From Salpingoeca rosetta (taxonomy: Eukaryota; Protista; Choanoflagellata), in contig JAWQFM010000013.1 in the NCBI GenBank assembly GCA_033442325.1, forward strand, positions 776,885 through 840,884: DNA of 64,000 nucleotides, written 5' to 3'. Each line of letters opens with the position of its first letter. Position 1 is the first letter of the stretch. The notes under the pieces are model-generated. The model saw only the letters and a program-made list of their open reading frames with translations. It was not told where the DNA came from and did no database searches. Both the position numbers and the translations under genes were made by a program. Below, one piece after another: positions 13,879 through 28,096 of the stretch.

Positions 13879-16800
13879 TGTGAGTGGGACACTTTCAGCA
13901 CCAAAGAATGGGCATGCAGTAGAGCCTCTTCCTCATCCTCCTCCCATCCATCACCACCACGACCATCAACCGCCGCCACGCACCGGCTTCCACTGGACGA
14001 CGGGCACGGTGCTGTCGTAGACGGCCTTCTGCTGCCGCTGCCTCGCCATCTGCCGCGCGAGCGACTGGTTCAGCGATGTCTGGCGGGCCTCGCGCTCAGC
14101 CTGCAATTGGGGAGGGGGAGTGTAGTGTGAGATTTGGTGGTGTTTGAGATGGTTGTGATTGTGTGTGGCAGTATGTCATGGCGGTTACACCTGGCAGAAG
14201 CAAACACACACAGACACACACAGACACACACAGACACACACAGACACACACACACGAATTTCGCAAAGCCATGGCAGCGACGACGGACCCTTCTGCCGAT
14301 GTACTGGCGCCAGGCGAGCTGGATGGTGAGCGCAGCAATCTGTTGCCGCTTGTCGTTCTCGTCCACTGAGAAGCCAACCGTGCCCTCAAACACCTGTTGC
14401 AACAGTTAAGAATGGCTGTGTCGTCAGCAAGCACAGCCGAGTCAAACACACACGCACACACACACACATACAAATGCAAGCGAGCAGTGCAAAAAGTACG
14501 AGTAACCAGTCTACACCAGCACCAGCACCAGCACGACGAGTGCCATGCCCTTACCCGCGGGCGCTGCGGCGAGTGGACGGGACTCGGCACCTGGCGCTCC
14601 GGATGGAACAGCCACCGCCTGGCAGTGGTCACAACGATGATGATGATGGCGATGACGATGCAGGAGGTGAAGGCGCAAGATGTCATGGTGCAGGAGAGAA
14701 TGCACGATAGTGAGCACCAGCTGCGCACAGAACAGAAGCACAGCACAAATACAGCTACAGTTAACAAGATCGCACACGCACATTAGCCACCAAAAACACA
14801 TCCACACCACAACAGTAGCACTGCTGCGGCTCGCTGACCTGAATGCGCGTTGGATGACGCGTGCGGCCATGACCTTTGCGCGAATGTCCTTCACTCGTGA
14901 GCGCTCCCGCTGCACCTGCGCCTGCGTCTCGTTGCGGATCGGCAGTGACGGGATCCCGGGCTGCACGCGATCATGGTGATGGTGGTTGCGTGAGGAACAG
15001 AAAGGTGGGAATGGTGGTGAGGAAGGCAAGTAGAGGAACAGAAAGAGCTCTGAATTTTCACACACACACACACACAGAGAGCACAGAACACCACAAGCAC
15101 ACGACGGGGCCAGACCTTGTGCGCGGCACGCTGCTGCTTGCGGGACGTGAGCTTGCTGACACTGCCCCTGCGGCCCGTTGGCGAGGACTTGTTGTTGTTC
15201 CCGACGGACGACAGCGGCTGTGCCTCCATCCCTGGTGTTCGGTTGATGCTGGGCAGCGGCACCACGTTGCTCTTCGTCTTCCCCCGCCGGCGTGCACGAC
15301 GATCAGTGCTACTGGTGGTGGTGGTCGCACCGCTGAGGGAGGATGTGCTGTGGTGGGAGGACGATGATGGCATGGGCAGCGAAGCCTTTGACGGCGATGG
15401 TGATGCGCCTTTGATCTCCGGCAGCGTCACACCTGATCGCTTCTGGGGCAGCGGCTCTTTCGTGACGCTCGGCGTGGAGGAGTAGCGCAGGGGCTCCAGG
15501 TGGTCGTGTTTCGGTACAATCGCAGAGGGCGACTGCAACGATATAGCGAGGGTGTGTGAGGGTGTGTGTGTGAGGGTGCGAGGGTGTATGTATGTGTGTG
15601 TGTATGTGTATGTGTGTGAGGGAGTTGACACGTACCAATGGCTTTGCCTTCTTGCTGGATCGCCTGTGTTTTGGAACATCGCAAAGTGTGTCAGGGAAGG
15701 TGAGCAGATTCGCTGCAAGAGCAGAGTGCCAACACGAAAGACCAACTGCTACGCCCCTTCCCTCCCCCCAAACGTACACACAGAGCACGAAGCTCACGAC
15801 CCGCCACACATGACAACAACAGTAGCGATAGCGTCGCAAAAAAAACAACCCAATCAAACAAAAAACCAAACTTTAAAAACATTAATCACGCACGACATGA
15901 CGACACGACGGAGCACTATGCACACGCCACGACGCAACTCACGATTTCATGACGGGTCGCTGGCCATCAAAGTCCTTCTTTGGAGCGATGGCCGCCTTGG
16001 ATTCCTCCACGCCCAGATGTTTCTTGAAGAGCGACAGGAGGGTGATGCGCGCCTGGTGGCCCTTCCACCACGCCTGCAGCTGCAGCGCTGCCTGGTCCCT
16101 GTGTTGATGTACAGCGACAGCATTGCGTGTGGTATTGTGTGTGTGTGTGTGTGTACGTGTGAGAGGTGTGTGTGTGTGTGTACATGTATGTGGTAGATGT
16201 GTGAGGGAGGAGAGAGAGAGCAAAGCGTATGTCACCGATGTACGGCTCGTTTGCACATGTACAGTACTCATGCCACGCGCTCGTGCTGCAATGCGTGACC
16301 TGATTTCCTCAATGGTGAGGGCGTTGTGTTTGCGGAGAAGCTTGACGAGTTCACTGTTCGACGTCATGTTGGCGTAGTCGAGCGGAGTCAACCTGGTGTG
16401 TGTGCGTGTGTGTGTATGTGTGTGTGTGCATGTGTGTGCATGTGTGTGCATGTGTGTGAGTTGAGAGCAGGGTATAAAGGGCTCATGTGATGGTAAGCGG
16501 TCGGCACACAAACACAACCCTCTCACTCTTCCAAACACTGTATCCATTCACCACCACAGTCATCACCACCACAATTGTAATCGCCAGCATTGCACCTCTC
16601 CTCGTGGTATTCCGAGACGTTCACCGTTGCGCCACGCGAAATCAGCAGCTGCGCATGCACCCACACGCACACGCACACACGATAATTAGTCGTCAGTGCA
16701 GAGGTACAACCAGACACCATCACTCGTGCACACGCAGGGAGGAAGATGTACACGCCGCTTTCATACGACACATACACACATGCAAACACACACACACACA

Positions 16801-18198
16801 CACACATGCAAACACACAACAACACGCGTGTGACCCCCTCGTCACCAGGCAGCCTATGCACGTGACGCCATGTTGTGTCGTGGCATGTCGGACCTTTGAG
16901 ACGTCGACGAGTTCGCGGGAAGCGGCCCAGTGCAGCGGGGCAATGCCCATTGCATCCTGCGCATCCACATTCGCACCGGCATCGAGCAGCTGCCCGACAA
17001 TCTCTGCACACCATCCACAGTAAGGGGAGGTGAGACGAGGAGGCGAAGTGTGGTGGGGGGGAGGTAGACTCAGATTGTGGTGACAAGCGGAAGAGCACAC
17101 ACGTGTGCAAAGGTGTACAACAAAAATATTCATGCACAGGCAAACGCACAACGCACAACACAACACATGACACGAACCACAAAACACGTGCATGCACGGA
17201 CCGGCGTTGCCGATGAACGTTGCGTTGTGGAGCGGAGTGCGGAGACTCGTGTCCTTCGCGTCCACGTCAATCTCGGGCGAGCTCAACAGCACTCGCACAA
17301 CTGCACGAAAGAGAGAGAGAGAGAGAGAGGGGGGGGAAGAGCAAGAGGGAAAGATGAGGTGGGGGTGTCGGTCAAGTGGGAAGCGTGAGAATTCTCGTGC
17401 ACGGAATGTGGAGCTGCATGAATAGAGACAGACGCATGCACGTACAAACGCGCGCGCACACACACACACACATGCACACACACGCACACACACTCACACA
17501 CAGCCACATGCACACGCACACACATATTCAGAAGCAAAACAATGCCACGGCAGCCGCACCGTCTGTGTGTCCCGAGACTGCCGCCCAGTGCAGGAGAGAG
17601 CGCCCCTCTTCGTCACGGAAACTCAGATCAGCCCCATTCTCCATCAGCACACGCACGCACTCCGCGTGGCCGGCCTCTGTTGCGTGGAACAGCGCCGTCT
17701 TGTCCGTGAAGTCGGGGTCGTGGGCAGGCGCACCCTGATACATGGATGGATGTATTGGGGAGGGGGAGGCAAAAGGAACGGGGTGTTGATGAATGATGTT
17801 GAGTTGAGTTTCAAGGGATGGGGTTTGCAGGAACACATGTCTCGGAAACAAGGACGCGCTTCTGAGCAGCAGCACACAATCAAACAAACACACACCACAC
17901 ACACACACACAGACACACAGACACACACAGACACACAGACACACACACACACACCACACGACACACACACCACACGACACACACACACACCGCATGAATG
18001 AGCATGGCGATGATGTCGTGGTGGCCGTAGTAGGCGGCCGCGTGCAGCGCCGTGTTGCCTGCGTGGTCTTTTGCCAGCACGTCGCACTGGCAGAGGCGAA
18101 AGAAGGAGAGGTGGAAGGGGGATGTGTGGGGTGAGGACAAGACGGGGTGGTTTGGTGATGCATTGGGCAAGTGCACGTATGCACACGCACACACACGC

Positions 18199-18273
<75 letters not shown>

Positions 18274-18917
18274 CTGCACCTTGCGGGAGAGGATGATGGA
18301 CTGGGCGATGTAGATGTTGCCGGTGATGGCTGCCACCATGAGCGCCGTCCGGCCGTATGTGTCTGGTACGTCATGCACATCATCAAACGCCAGCAGCGCA
18401 TCGACCACGTCCACGTTGCCCTCGTTTGCAGCGTAGTGGAGTGGCGACGCGCCGTTCGCGTCCGCCGTGAAGAATTGGCGCGTGCCGCCACGGCGCAGGA
18501 GGATGGTGGCCGCCTTGGCGTGGTTGGCGTGGGCTGCCCAGTGCAGTGACGTGCGGCCGAGGGAGTCCTGCTGCATGATGGAGATGGTGTTGAGGGAGGC
18601 CAGGTAGTTGACGACCTTCTCGTTGCCAGATGCAACGGCAATGTGCAGCGGGGCGCGGCCTTCGAGATCAACCGTGTTCACCACGTCCATGTCAACATCA
18701 ACCTGCCACGGAAATATGGTGGGGTGGGATGGGGGTGGGACGGGGGTTCGTGGTGGTGGTGGTTATGCTGGTGAACGTTGATGTGGGGCTTTGAGAGGAG
18801 GTAGGGAGGAGGGCTGACACATGACAACAGAAATGCATGTACACACACGTACACACACACACACACACACACACAGGTACACACAGGTACACACACACAC
18901 ACAGGTACACACAGGTA

Positions 18918-18948
<31 letters not shown>

Positions 18949-19768
18949 CTCGTCCGGGTGTCTGTTCTTGCCGCTGTTCCAGAAGGTGATGAGAAACTGC
19001 AGACAGGAGAGGTTGCCGCTGCCGGCTGCCCAATGTACGGGGCTCTTGCCCTCCTGGTCGCGGAGGAGGAAAAGGCCACCGAGCTTGAGCAAGATGTGCT
19101 TGAGCATGTCCACGCTCCCGCCGTACGCCGCCCAGTGGATGCACGCCATCCCCCAGTTGTCCCGCGCATCAATCTGCAGTCGTGGATGGTGGTGATGATG
19201 TGGTGAAGGGGTGAGGGTGGAAGTGGTGGTGGTTGCCGGCGTTTGTTGGTAGAGAGAAGAGGGGTTGTGGATCACCAACGAAGCTGCGTGGCGTGGAGAA
19301 ATGTTCAACAAGCACCCAACAACAGACCACGCACGCACTTGCGCACCCACTTCCACACATGCACACATGCACACAGATACAAATGGAGCTCTCACGTCGT
19401 GATCGGCGCCGCGGGCTTTGACGACGGCCATAAACGACTTGACGGATTTGGCACTGCAAGCGAGATGCGCACACGTGCGCCCGTCGTTGTCCTGCGGCAC
19501 AGTCAGCGAGCAATACAGACACCGTGACAGTGGCAGCAATGTGCATGAGCACTCAAGCGTGGGCCCCGCACGCACACGCACACACACGGGCGCGTAACGC
19601 AGCTCAAACACATGTAACGCAGCTTAAACACGCACACACACACGCACGCACGCATGTGTTGGTACCTGAATGAAAGTGTCTGCGCCATTGGCCAGGAGCA
19701 GCTTAACCATCTTGGGCTTGTCGTGGAAACAGGCCCAGTGCAGTGCCGTGCGCCCTTCTCCATCTGAG

Positions 19769-19806
<38 letters not shown>

Positions 19807-20353
19807 CGCAAGGGTGAGGGACTCACACAGAGCACAGAATCGTCTTCATTATGACACACAGAGAACCCCTGAAGGAGAGCCACACACGACATTACAGACA
19901 GGGCATGCAGGCCATGCGCCAGCTTCAGCGAACCTGGCGTGTCAACGGAGATGCCTTTGCGGATGAGCATTTCTGCGCAGGTGAACTTGTCCGAGACGAC
20001 GGCATAAACGAGGGCCGTGCGGCCGTACACGTCCAACATGTTGACCTGATCTGCGGTGGCCATGCGCAGGATCCCTTGCAGGGACTGCTTGTCGCCCATT
20101 GCCGCGGCATAGTGAAGCGGGTTGATGTCCTCTGCCGCCTCCTCCGGCGTGAGCACAGATGCTGGGGTGGAGGTGGATGTTGGAGGTGTGAGAGTGTGTG
20201 CGCGTTAACCAGCAGAGCGTTGTGCCTGCACACCGCAAAGAAAACATCAATCCAGCACACACACACACACATGCACACACACACACACGCACACATACAC
20301 AAACAAGTGGGTGTTGACTTACATGGGTCAAGGCCCGGCAATTCCTCTGACAT
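12727..20353 (-). CDS. INVS: Inversin / nephrocystin-2 ortholog (about 16 ankyrin repeats + IQ motifs + low-complexity tail)
   Basis: Collinear with inversin: LHYAAAMGDKQSL..DVYGRTALVYAVVSDKFTCAEMLI; DQEGKSPVHWAA; DLEGRAPLHIAVASGNEKVVNYL; DEEGRSLLHWAAVSG; VNVSEYHEERLTPLDYA...HNALTIEEIRDQAALQLQAWWKGHQAR (human: NQMENNEERYTPLDYA...HGALSIAAIQDIAAFKIQAVYKGYKVR). The first and last exons are less certain. Confidence 0.88.
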
Positions 20354-20599
20354 GGTGGGCAGTGCTCCGTGTGGCAGTCAGCGAGCACAAACGAGCGAAG
20401 AAGGAGAGGTAAGGGGAACACAGGAGCGAGGTGGGAGCTGGCTGGCTGGTGTTTGGTTGTTGGTGTTGGTGGTTTCCTCTCTGGTTGGCAGGGGGAATCA
20501 CCAATTGCCGAAAAGTGATAGATATCATCGCCATTCTTCCATAATCCCAACGTTTCTGTGGGAAGCCAGCCAGCAGCAAGAGCAGCACAGCACAACACG
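20354..20599. promoter_or_regulatory. Bidirectional promoter (inversin / CCDC15-like) with a degenerate X-box candidate at 20552-20565
   Basis: 246 bp between divergent ATGs. GTTTCTGTGGGAAG is an imperfect RFX X-box. Confidence 0.55.
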
Positions 20600-22859
20600 A
20601 TGGCTGGGCTGTATGGTGGGTATGGCGGTGCCACTGGCTCTCGGATGTGGTCTGCGCTGGAGCTGGCGCGAAGGGACCATCGCATGGAGTACGCTGTTGA
20701 CGGCACGCACCAGTATTTGGCACCAGAGGTGCGTTGTGCGTTGTGTGTTTGTGGTTTGTGTTTGTGTGTGTATGTGGTTGTGTTTGTATGGGCGTTGTAT
20801 GTGTGTGTTTGTGTGTTTGTGTGTTTGTGTGATTGTGTTTGTATGTGTGTGTGTGTGTGTTTGTGTTTGTATGTGTGATTGTGGTTGTGGCTATGTGTGG
20901 TTGTGTGGTTCTAGAGCTCGATTCACGTCGTGCGTTGGTTGTGTTGTCTGCTTGGCTACACTCACGACAGGCGGAGGCCAAACTGTTGGAAGCTCAAACA
21001 CGTGCACAAAAGCTGGAGGAGGAGGCAAGGTTACACGCCTTCAGAAAAGGTGAGCGTTTGCATGTATACATGCATGTGTGTGAATGCATGCATGTAACGT
21101 GTGTGTAGTGTGTGTGTGTGGGTAGTGTAGTGTGAGTGTATTTGTGTGGACATGCTCTGTGCCAACTAGTTCACGCATTCAACCAGCTCACACATTCGTC
21201 AACCCACCCATCCCCCCCCACCCCACCCACCCACCACACACACACACACACACACACAGCCGTGCTGGACCGTGTCCGAGAGCGGGAGGAACAGAAGCGG
21301 CAGAAGCTCCTGGCATTGTCACAGAGGGCCGCACGGCAACAAGCAGAGGTGCTGCGCGTCAACAGCGACTACCATGACTATGTGGAACGAAACGCAAAGG
21401 TGTGTGTTTGTGTTTGTGTGTGTGTGTGTGCATTTCGTGTTCGCGCGTGTGTGTGTGTGAGTGTGCGTGTGCGTGTGTGCGTTGTTTGAGAGCTCGTGCA
21501 CTTGTTGTTGCGTGCGTGCCCGATGCCTTGCGTCCTGCACGAGCTCATGCTTTGGTGTATGGCCGGGGATCAAGGCGATCCACCCCGTGTCCGGCGCTGA
21601 GATGACAGCACAGCAGCGACACCCAACTCGTCACCGAGCTGCAGAGCACCTGAAGGTGAGGGGCGGGGAATAGAATACGCTTGCACACAAACGCACACAC
21701 ACAAACGCACACACACACACACACAATGCTTGAGAGGAGGCACGCTTGTTGTCTGTTGTTTGTTATGCATTCTTGCGGTCACGCGTGTACTTCTCATGTG
21801 CCATTCTCACGTCCATCAACGTGTCTTCTGCCCGCCACCATTCCCACGCCAGCGGCGGTCTGTGTCTGAGGTTGCCGCTGCCAACACCGCGCGGTCTCTC
21901 CCTTGCGACACGGCGCAGCGCAACCCCCATCGACGAACTCCTGCCAGGTTGCGTGTGTGTGTGTGTGTGTGTGCGTGTGTGTGTGCTGGGATGGGTGTTG
22001 GGAACGACACTAATATCTGACACTAATGTCGTTGTCCAACAAACACGTGTGCTCATGTGTTGGTTCTAGGCGGCATGTGGAACAACGAGGAGCGCCTTGT
22101 ACATTGCCTGCAGGCCATTGAGGCAGAAGGTGTGTCAACCTCACCAACGTTTCACCGTGCTCTGTGTGTATGTGTGTGTATCACGTGCGCAAGAACACCA
22201 CAATGCCACCTCCCTCACCCTGCCTTTCTTATTCCCTCACCGCCACTGCCAGAGCACGTGCTGCAACAACAACAGCAGCGTCAGCAGCACCTGAACGACA
22301 GCGGATTTGGCGATGAAGGCGATGTTGATGACGAAGATGATGAAGTGACAAAGGGATCCTTGCAGGTGAGCTTGCTGTTGTTGGGTTGTGCTTTGCGCGG
22401 TGTTGATGTGTGAGCAAGTGTGTGCAAGTATGTGCACAATTGTGAGAGTGTGTATGCAAGTGTGAGTGTGTCTGTGCAAGTGTGTGTGTGTGTGCAAGTG
22501 TTTTGATGATGGCGGTTGACAGCATCAACCCATCACCCATGTGGGTGTTTCGGCAGGGCGAGCAGCCGTGGACGGACTGGCGTGACGACATGGTGCACCC
22601 GTTTTGGTCAGTTGAGCCTGTTGCACTTGCACGAACGAACGCACGCGCAATGTGGTGCGGGGCACCAGTTGGAGAGGCCCAGAGCAGCGTGTCTGCTTGA
22701 TATCTCAACTTACGGTGGTGTTGGTGCATTCGTTGGTTTGTTGTTCTGCAAGGGATACTGGCGCCGTTCGTCAGGAGCTGGAGCGCCAGAAGAGGGCGCA
22801 GTTTGGCCTGTACAGGTGCGCTGAAGATGATGAAGAAGATGAAGAAGAAGAAGAAGAAG

Positions 22860-22891
<32 letters not shown>

Positions 22892-22905
22892 GCTGTTGTT
22901 GTTGC

Positions 22906-22972
<67 letters not shown>

Positions 22973-23235
22973 GGTGGTGGTGGTGGCAGCCATGTGGTGA
23001 AAACTGCGTGCGTTGCTGAGTTTTGTGAGCGCTTGCACACTTGGTGACTTCTTTGTGCATGTTGCGCGTGCTTACTCCCGGCGCCTGCAATCGTCTGCCC
23101 TGCATCAACAGGCGTGTGTACATGGACCGGGAGCGGGCGCAGGTACGCGCGCACCGCCAGCAGACGCAGCACGCGGCAGAGATTGAGGAGATGAAGAAGT
23201 GGCGCGAACTGCACCGGCGCATGCACGAGAACTGA
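20600..23235 (+). CDS. CCDC15-like coiled-coil (centriole/basal body) protein (multi-exon)
   Basis: N-terminal EEEARLHAFRKAVLDRVREREEQKRQKLLALSQRAARQQ and C-terminal ERQKRAQFGLYRRVYMDRERAQVRAHRQQTQH resemble the two conserved CCDC15 blocks (ALKHFQKQVKYRV; QYLRHRRLFMDIEREQVKEQQRQ). Confidence 0.6.
22823..22986. repeat. Intronic (GAA/GAT)n-(GTT)n-(GGT)n trinucleotide tract
   Basis: Directly visible, immediately after the donor at ~22816. Confidence 0.9.
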
Positions 23236-24191
23236 CAGCAGGGGTGCTTCGTTGCTTGCCTGACTGCCTTTGTGTGTGTGTGTGTGTTTGTTTGTCTGAT
23301 GTGTGTGTGTGTGTGTTGTGCTGCATGTGAGAAAATTGTGACGACGATCTTGTTTGCTTGCTTGCTGGTGACGATTGCTGTACATTTTAGTTTGTGAGAG
23401 AGTAGACAGACACTACGTTGCGTTGGTTGGTCAGCATTGGAGAATGGTGACGTGAGGGGTGGGAAGAGAGAGCGTGCTTTTGATGATGCAAAGCGACAGG
23501 TGAAGAGGGAAGACAGGTGAGGAAGGGAAGACAGTTGAGCCATTGTGGGCTCTGTCCTATTCAATGGACTTTTGTCCTATTTCTATCACAGAGCGCTGTG
23601 ATTTGACACTATCCACCAAAGAAGCCGTCCTCCTCGGCAAAACAACAGCGATCGTTGGATTGGTCGTTGGTTGGTTGTTGTTGGTTGTTGTTGTTGTTGT
23701 TGTTGCCGAGACTGGTGAGTTGAGGCTGGGGGAAGCTGGTTGTGGGTTGTGATGCTTGCTCGCAGTGGAGCGTGTCCTACTGCATCGCTTGCTTGCGTGC
23801 ACTTGAGTGCATGAATGAGAGACACATGTCGCTGGCTTTGATGTCGTTGTGTGAGGTTGTGCGATGTTGTGCGTGTGATGTTGTGCGATGTCGTGTGTGT
23901 GTGTGTGTGTGATGTCGTGTGTGTGTGTGTGCGGTGCAGCAAAGTAACTCCTTCCCGTGCTACTACACCGCCACTGCTGTGCTGTGTGCACTGCTGCCCC
24001 TAAATGTCACATATCACTGCGTCTCTTCTGCCTCGCGCACTTCCCCTGCTCACACAACACTGCTTCTCCTCTTAACTTCCATGACGCTTGTTTCCGCTTC
24101 TTCGTGGCCGTGCCCATGCCTCATCAGCCAGTGATAGCACCTGAGCAAGTGTAAAGAGACCCCTCTCCCACGCGCCCCCAGCAGCGGCACG

Positions 24192-26118
24192 ATGGTGTTT
24201 GGAGTGGCAACTGCGGTTGCTGCCGTCGCCCATGACTGGCTGCTCTCGTTGAGAGCGGTCGTGTCTCCGACACAACCGCACCCGTTCATAAGGCCGCCCG
24301 CCTCTGCACCGCCACCCATCAAGGCAGGCACCTTCTTCGCCGTGGACACCAGCAAAGTCAACGGCGGCACCGAGGACACAACCGGCAGCGTGGAGTACAG
24401 CCCACTCGCAGCCAACCACACGGCATCAGCGCCGGGCGAAGCGTCCTCCGCACCCACATCGTCAGCCTCACACCACTCGTCGCCACTCAAGTATCTCGTC
24501 TCCTCCGCGACAGCGGTGGCCTCGAACACATATGCGCAGATCGCAGCGAGGCACGCGCCAACCACAGCGCCAACAGACACCGCAGCATCGCCATCATCAT
24601 CATCATCATCATCGTCAGTTCACGCAGCCGGTACAAACGGCAACGGCACCCACGCCCCGGTCACCAGCAGCGACAGTGATGCCAACGAGGCTGATATTGG
24701 GGAGGTGGTGATGATCCAGTCCAACCTGCATCGGCCGCGGCGGTCGGAGGGCCAGGCGCCGTGCACACTCATGATGGTCACCGCAAACGTCGGCACCATC
24801 TTCGAGCAGGTGGGGAGGGTGTGTGTGGGTGTGAGTGGGTGTGGGTGTGGGTGTGTGCATGTGGATTGGAGAGGTGCTGCCTGCTCTTCANNNNNNNNNN
24901 NNNNNNNNNNNNNNNNNNNNNNNNNNNNNNNNNNNNNNNNNNNNNNNNNNNNNNNNNNNNNNNNNNNNNNNNNNNNNNNNNNNNNNNNNNNNNNNNNNNN
25001 NNNNNNNNNNNNNNNNNNNNNNNNNNNNNNNNNNNNNNNNNNNNNNNNNNNNNNNNNNNNNNNNNNNNNNNNNNNNNNNNNNNNNNNNNNNNNNNNNNNN
25101 NNNNNNNNNNNNNNNNNNNNNNNNNNNNNNNNNNNNNNNNNNNNNNNNNNNNNNNNNNNNNNNNNNNNNNNNNNNNNNNNNNNNNNNNNNNNNNNNNNNN
25201 NNNNNNNNNNNNNNNNNNNNNNNNNNNNNNNNNNNNNNNNNNNNNNNNNNNNNNNNNNNNNNNNNNNNNNNNNNNNNNNNNNNNNNNNNNNNNNNNNNNN
25301 NNNNNNNNNNNNNNNNNNNNNNNNNNNNNNNNNNNNNNNNNNNNNNNNNNNNNNNNNNNNNNNNNNNNNNNNNNNNNNNNNNNNNNNNNNNNNNNNNNNN
25401 NNNNNNNNNNNNNNNNNNNNNNNNNNNNNNNNNNNNNNNNNNNNNNNNNNNNNNNNNNNNNNNNNNNNNNNNNNNNNNNNNNNNNNNNNNNNNNNNNNNN
25501 NNNNNNNNNNNNNNNNNNNNNNNNNNNNNNNNNNNNNNNNNNNNNNNNNNNNNNNNNNNNNNNNNNNNNNNNNNAGACACACACACACACAGAAAGCCAC
25601 GGGCGTGCAGGCGATCCCAGACGGAGGGTGCGGACATTTGCTGCGATGCCCCTGCAGGAAGCCTGGCGGCAAGAAATCCGAACAGGGCATGGAGCACGTC
25701 AGAAACTTCCTCCGGTGGGATGACGTCTCTCATCTTAGTCCGTCTGTCTGTCTGTGTGTGTGTGTGTGCCTGTCTCTTTGTGTGTGTGTGTGTGTGTTTG
25801 CGTCTGTGTGTATGTTTGACGATGCGACTTTGCACTGTCGTCCCACCCTCTCTCCATCGCCTCCATCACTGACCCCTCCCCCACCCTCTCTCCATCGCCT
25901 CCATCACTGACCCCCTCCCCCACCCTCTCTCCATCGCCTCCATCACTGACCCCCTCCCCCACCCTCGCGACCGCCTGCCAGCCTGATTCGCACCACGCCG
26001 TACATCTCCAAGCACTTTCGCGCCAGTTTTGCTATCCTTGACACAGACTTTGACAGCAGCGACTTCACGGTGCGGCGACACACACATGTTGTGTTGTGGT
26101 GCAAGGGGATGGGTGGTG

Positions 26119-26166
<48 letters not shown>

Positions 26167-26908
26167 GTGCGTGTGTGTGTACTGTGTGCTCTACGTAGCG
26201 TGTGTCTATTATGCATTCACTTATTTCCTTTCTCGGCACCGATCGTGCCATCCATTTCATCATCGCCACGCGTTGTGCAGGCGCTGGGCAACTTTTATCT
26301 CATCAGCAGTCGCATGCGCACCAAGATCTGGGACTTTGAAGGTGTGACGGCCGTGCATTTTGTTGGGGCGGGGGCGGGGTTGCGCGCGTGTGTGTGTGTT
26401 TGTGAGAGGTGCTTGCGTGTGTGGCTGTTCCTCAGACAATACGTCACACACACACCAACAACTGCAATGACCACAGCGCGTGCGTATCGGGCGGTGTTGG
26501 CGCACGAGTATTTCGACTCGGAGTCGACGCCCAAGACGCCGTCCTTCCGCCGCCAGAAGTTCCCAGCACACTTCTACCCGCAGGTGGGGCCTGGGAGTGG
26601 TGATTGCTGCTGTTGTTTAAGTTGTGTTGTTTAAGTTGTTGTTGTTGTTGTTGTTTAAGTTGTTTAAGTTGTTGTTTGACGTTAATCACTTGCTGCACAC
26701 GAGAAGCCCGCTTGCAGGTTCCGATACACACACACACACACATACACACACACACACACACTTGCTCCCCTCCCCCCCCCCTTGTTCCACGACCGGAGTG
26801 GACACGCAAGGGCTACTGCCAGACGCGCTGGCTCATTGACACACATGAGATTGACTTTGTCAACTTGCACCTCTTCCACGACGCCTCCAACCTCGTGTCT
26901 GTACAGCC

Positions 26909-26965
<57 letters not shown>

Positions 26966-27923
26966 GNNNNNNNNNNNNNNNNNNNNNNNNNNNNNNNNNN
27001 NNNNNNNNNNNNNNNNNNNNNNNNNNNNNNNNNNNNNNNNNNNNNNNNNNNNNNNNNNNNNNNNNNNNNNNNNNNNNNNNNNNNNNNNNNNNNNNNNNNN
27101 NNNNNNNNNNNNNNNNNNNNNNNNNNNNNNNNNNNNNNNNNNNNNNNNNNNNNNNNNNNNNNNNNNNNNNNNNNNNNNNNNNNNNNNNNNNNNNNNNNNN
27201 NNNNNNNNNNNNNNNNNNNNNNNNNNNNNNNNNNNNNNNNNNNNNNNNNNNNNNNNNNNNNNNNNNNNNNNNNNNNNNNNNNNNNNNNNNNNNNNNNNNN
27301 NNNNNNNNNNNNNNNNNNNNNNNNNNNNNNNNNNNNNNNNNNNNNNNNNNNNNNNNNNNNNNNNNNNNNNNNNNNNNNNNNNNNNNNNNNNNNNNNNNNN
27401 NNNNNNNNNNNNNNNNNNNNNNNNNNNNNNNNNNNNNNNNNNNNNNNNNNNNNNNNNNNNNNNNNNNNNNNNNNNNNNNNNNNNNNNNNNNNNNNNNNNN
27501 NNNNNNNNNNNNNNNNNNNNNNNNNNNNNNNNNNNNNNNNNNNNNNNNNNNNNNNNGGGCCGCTCCTTAGTGCAGTCCTTTATGTTTCAATGGTGTCCGC
27601 TATCTCCATACTCACCTCCTCGTCACTATAGACGAGAATGGCAGGTGATTGTGAACTTTTGTCTTTGTGTCCTTCTTGCGTGCGCGAGTCTACGAGACAT
27701 TTTCTCCGTCTGTATGGTATCACTAACCCATGCTGGCACCTCACATCACTACATTCGCATCAACAGTGCTGTAAAGACACGTAGTTTTTTGTTTAACCAA
27801 CTCATAGTCTTCTAGAAGAACCGTGGGTATATGGCAGGCAGTCTTCACACTTTTGTTTTCTAGCACGTCCCCATGTCTGGCGCATAAACACATGCTCTGG
27901 AACACGCGTGTGCGCTGTCGGTT

Positions 27924-27973
<50 letters not shown>

Positions 27974-28033
27974 CACACACATGCACACACACACACACAC
28001 ACAAAAGCCCGCACACAAAAGCCCGCACACAAG

Positions 28034-28096
<63 letters not shown>

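Noticed and set aside
25590-25715. Apparent frameshifts in an INPP5A exon (possible pseudogene)
   Set aside because: The exon is adjacent to a gap and a CA run, so this is most likely low-quality sequence. The other exons are intact.
24192-27815. Long ORFs containing X runs
   Set aside because: They are artifacts of N gaps.
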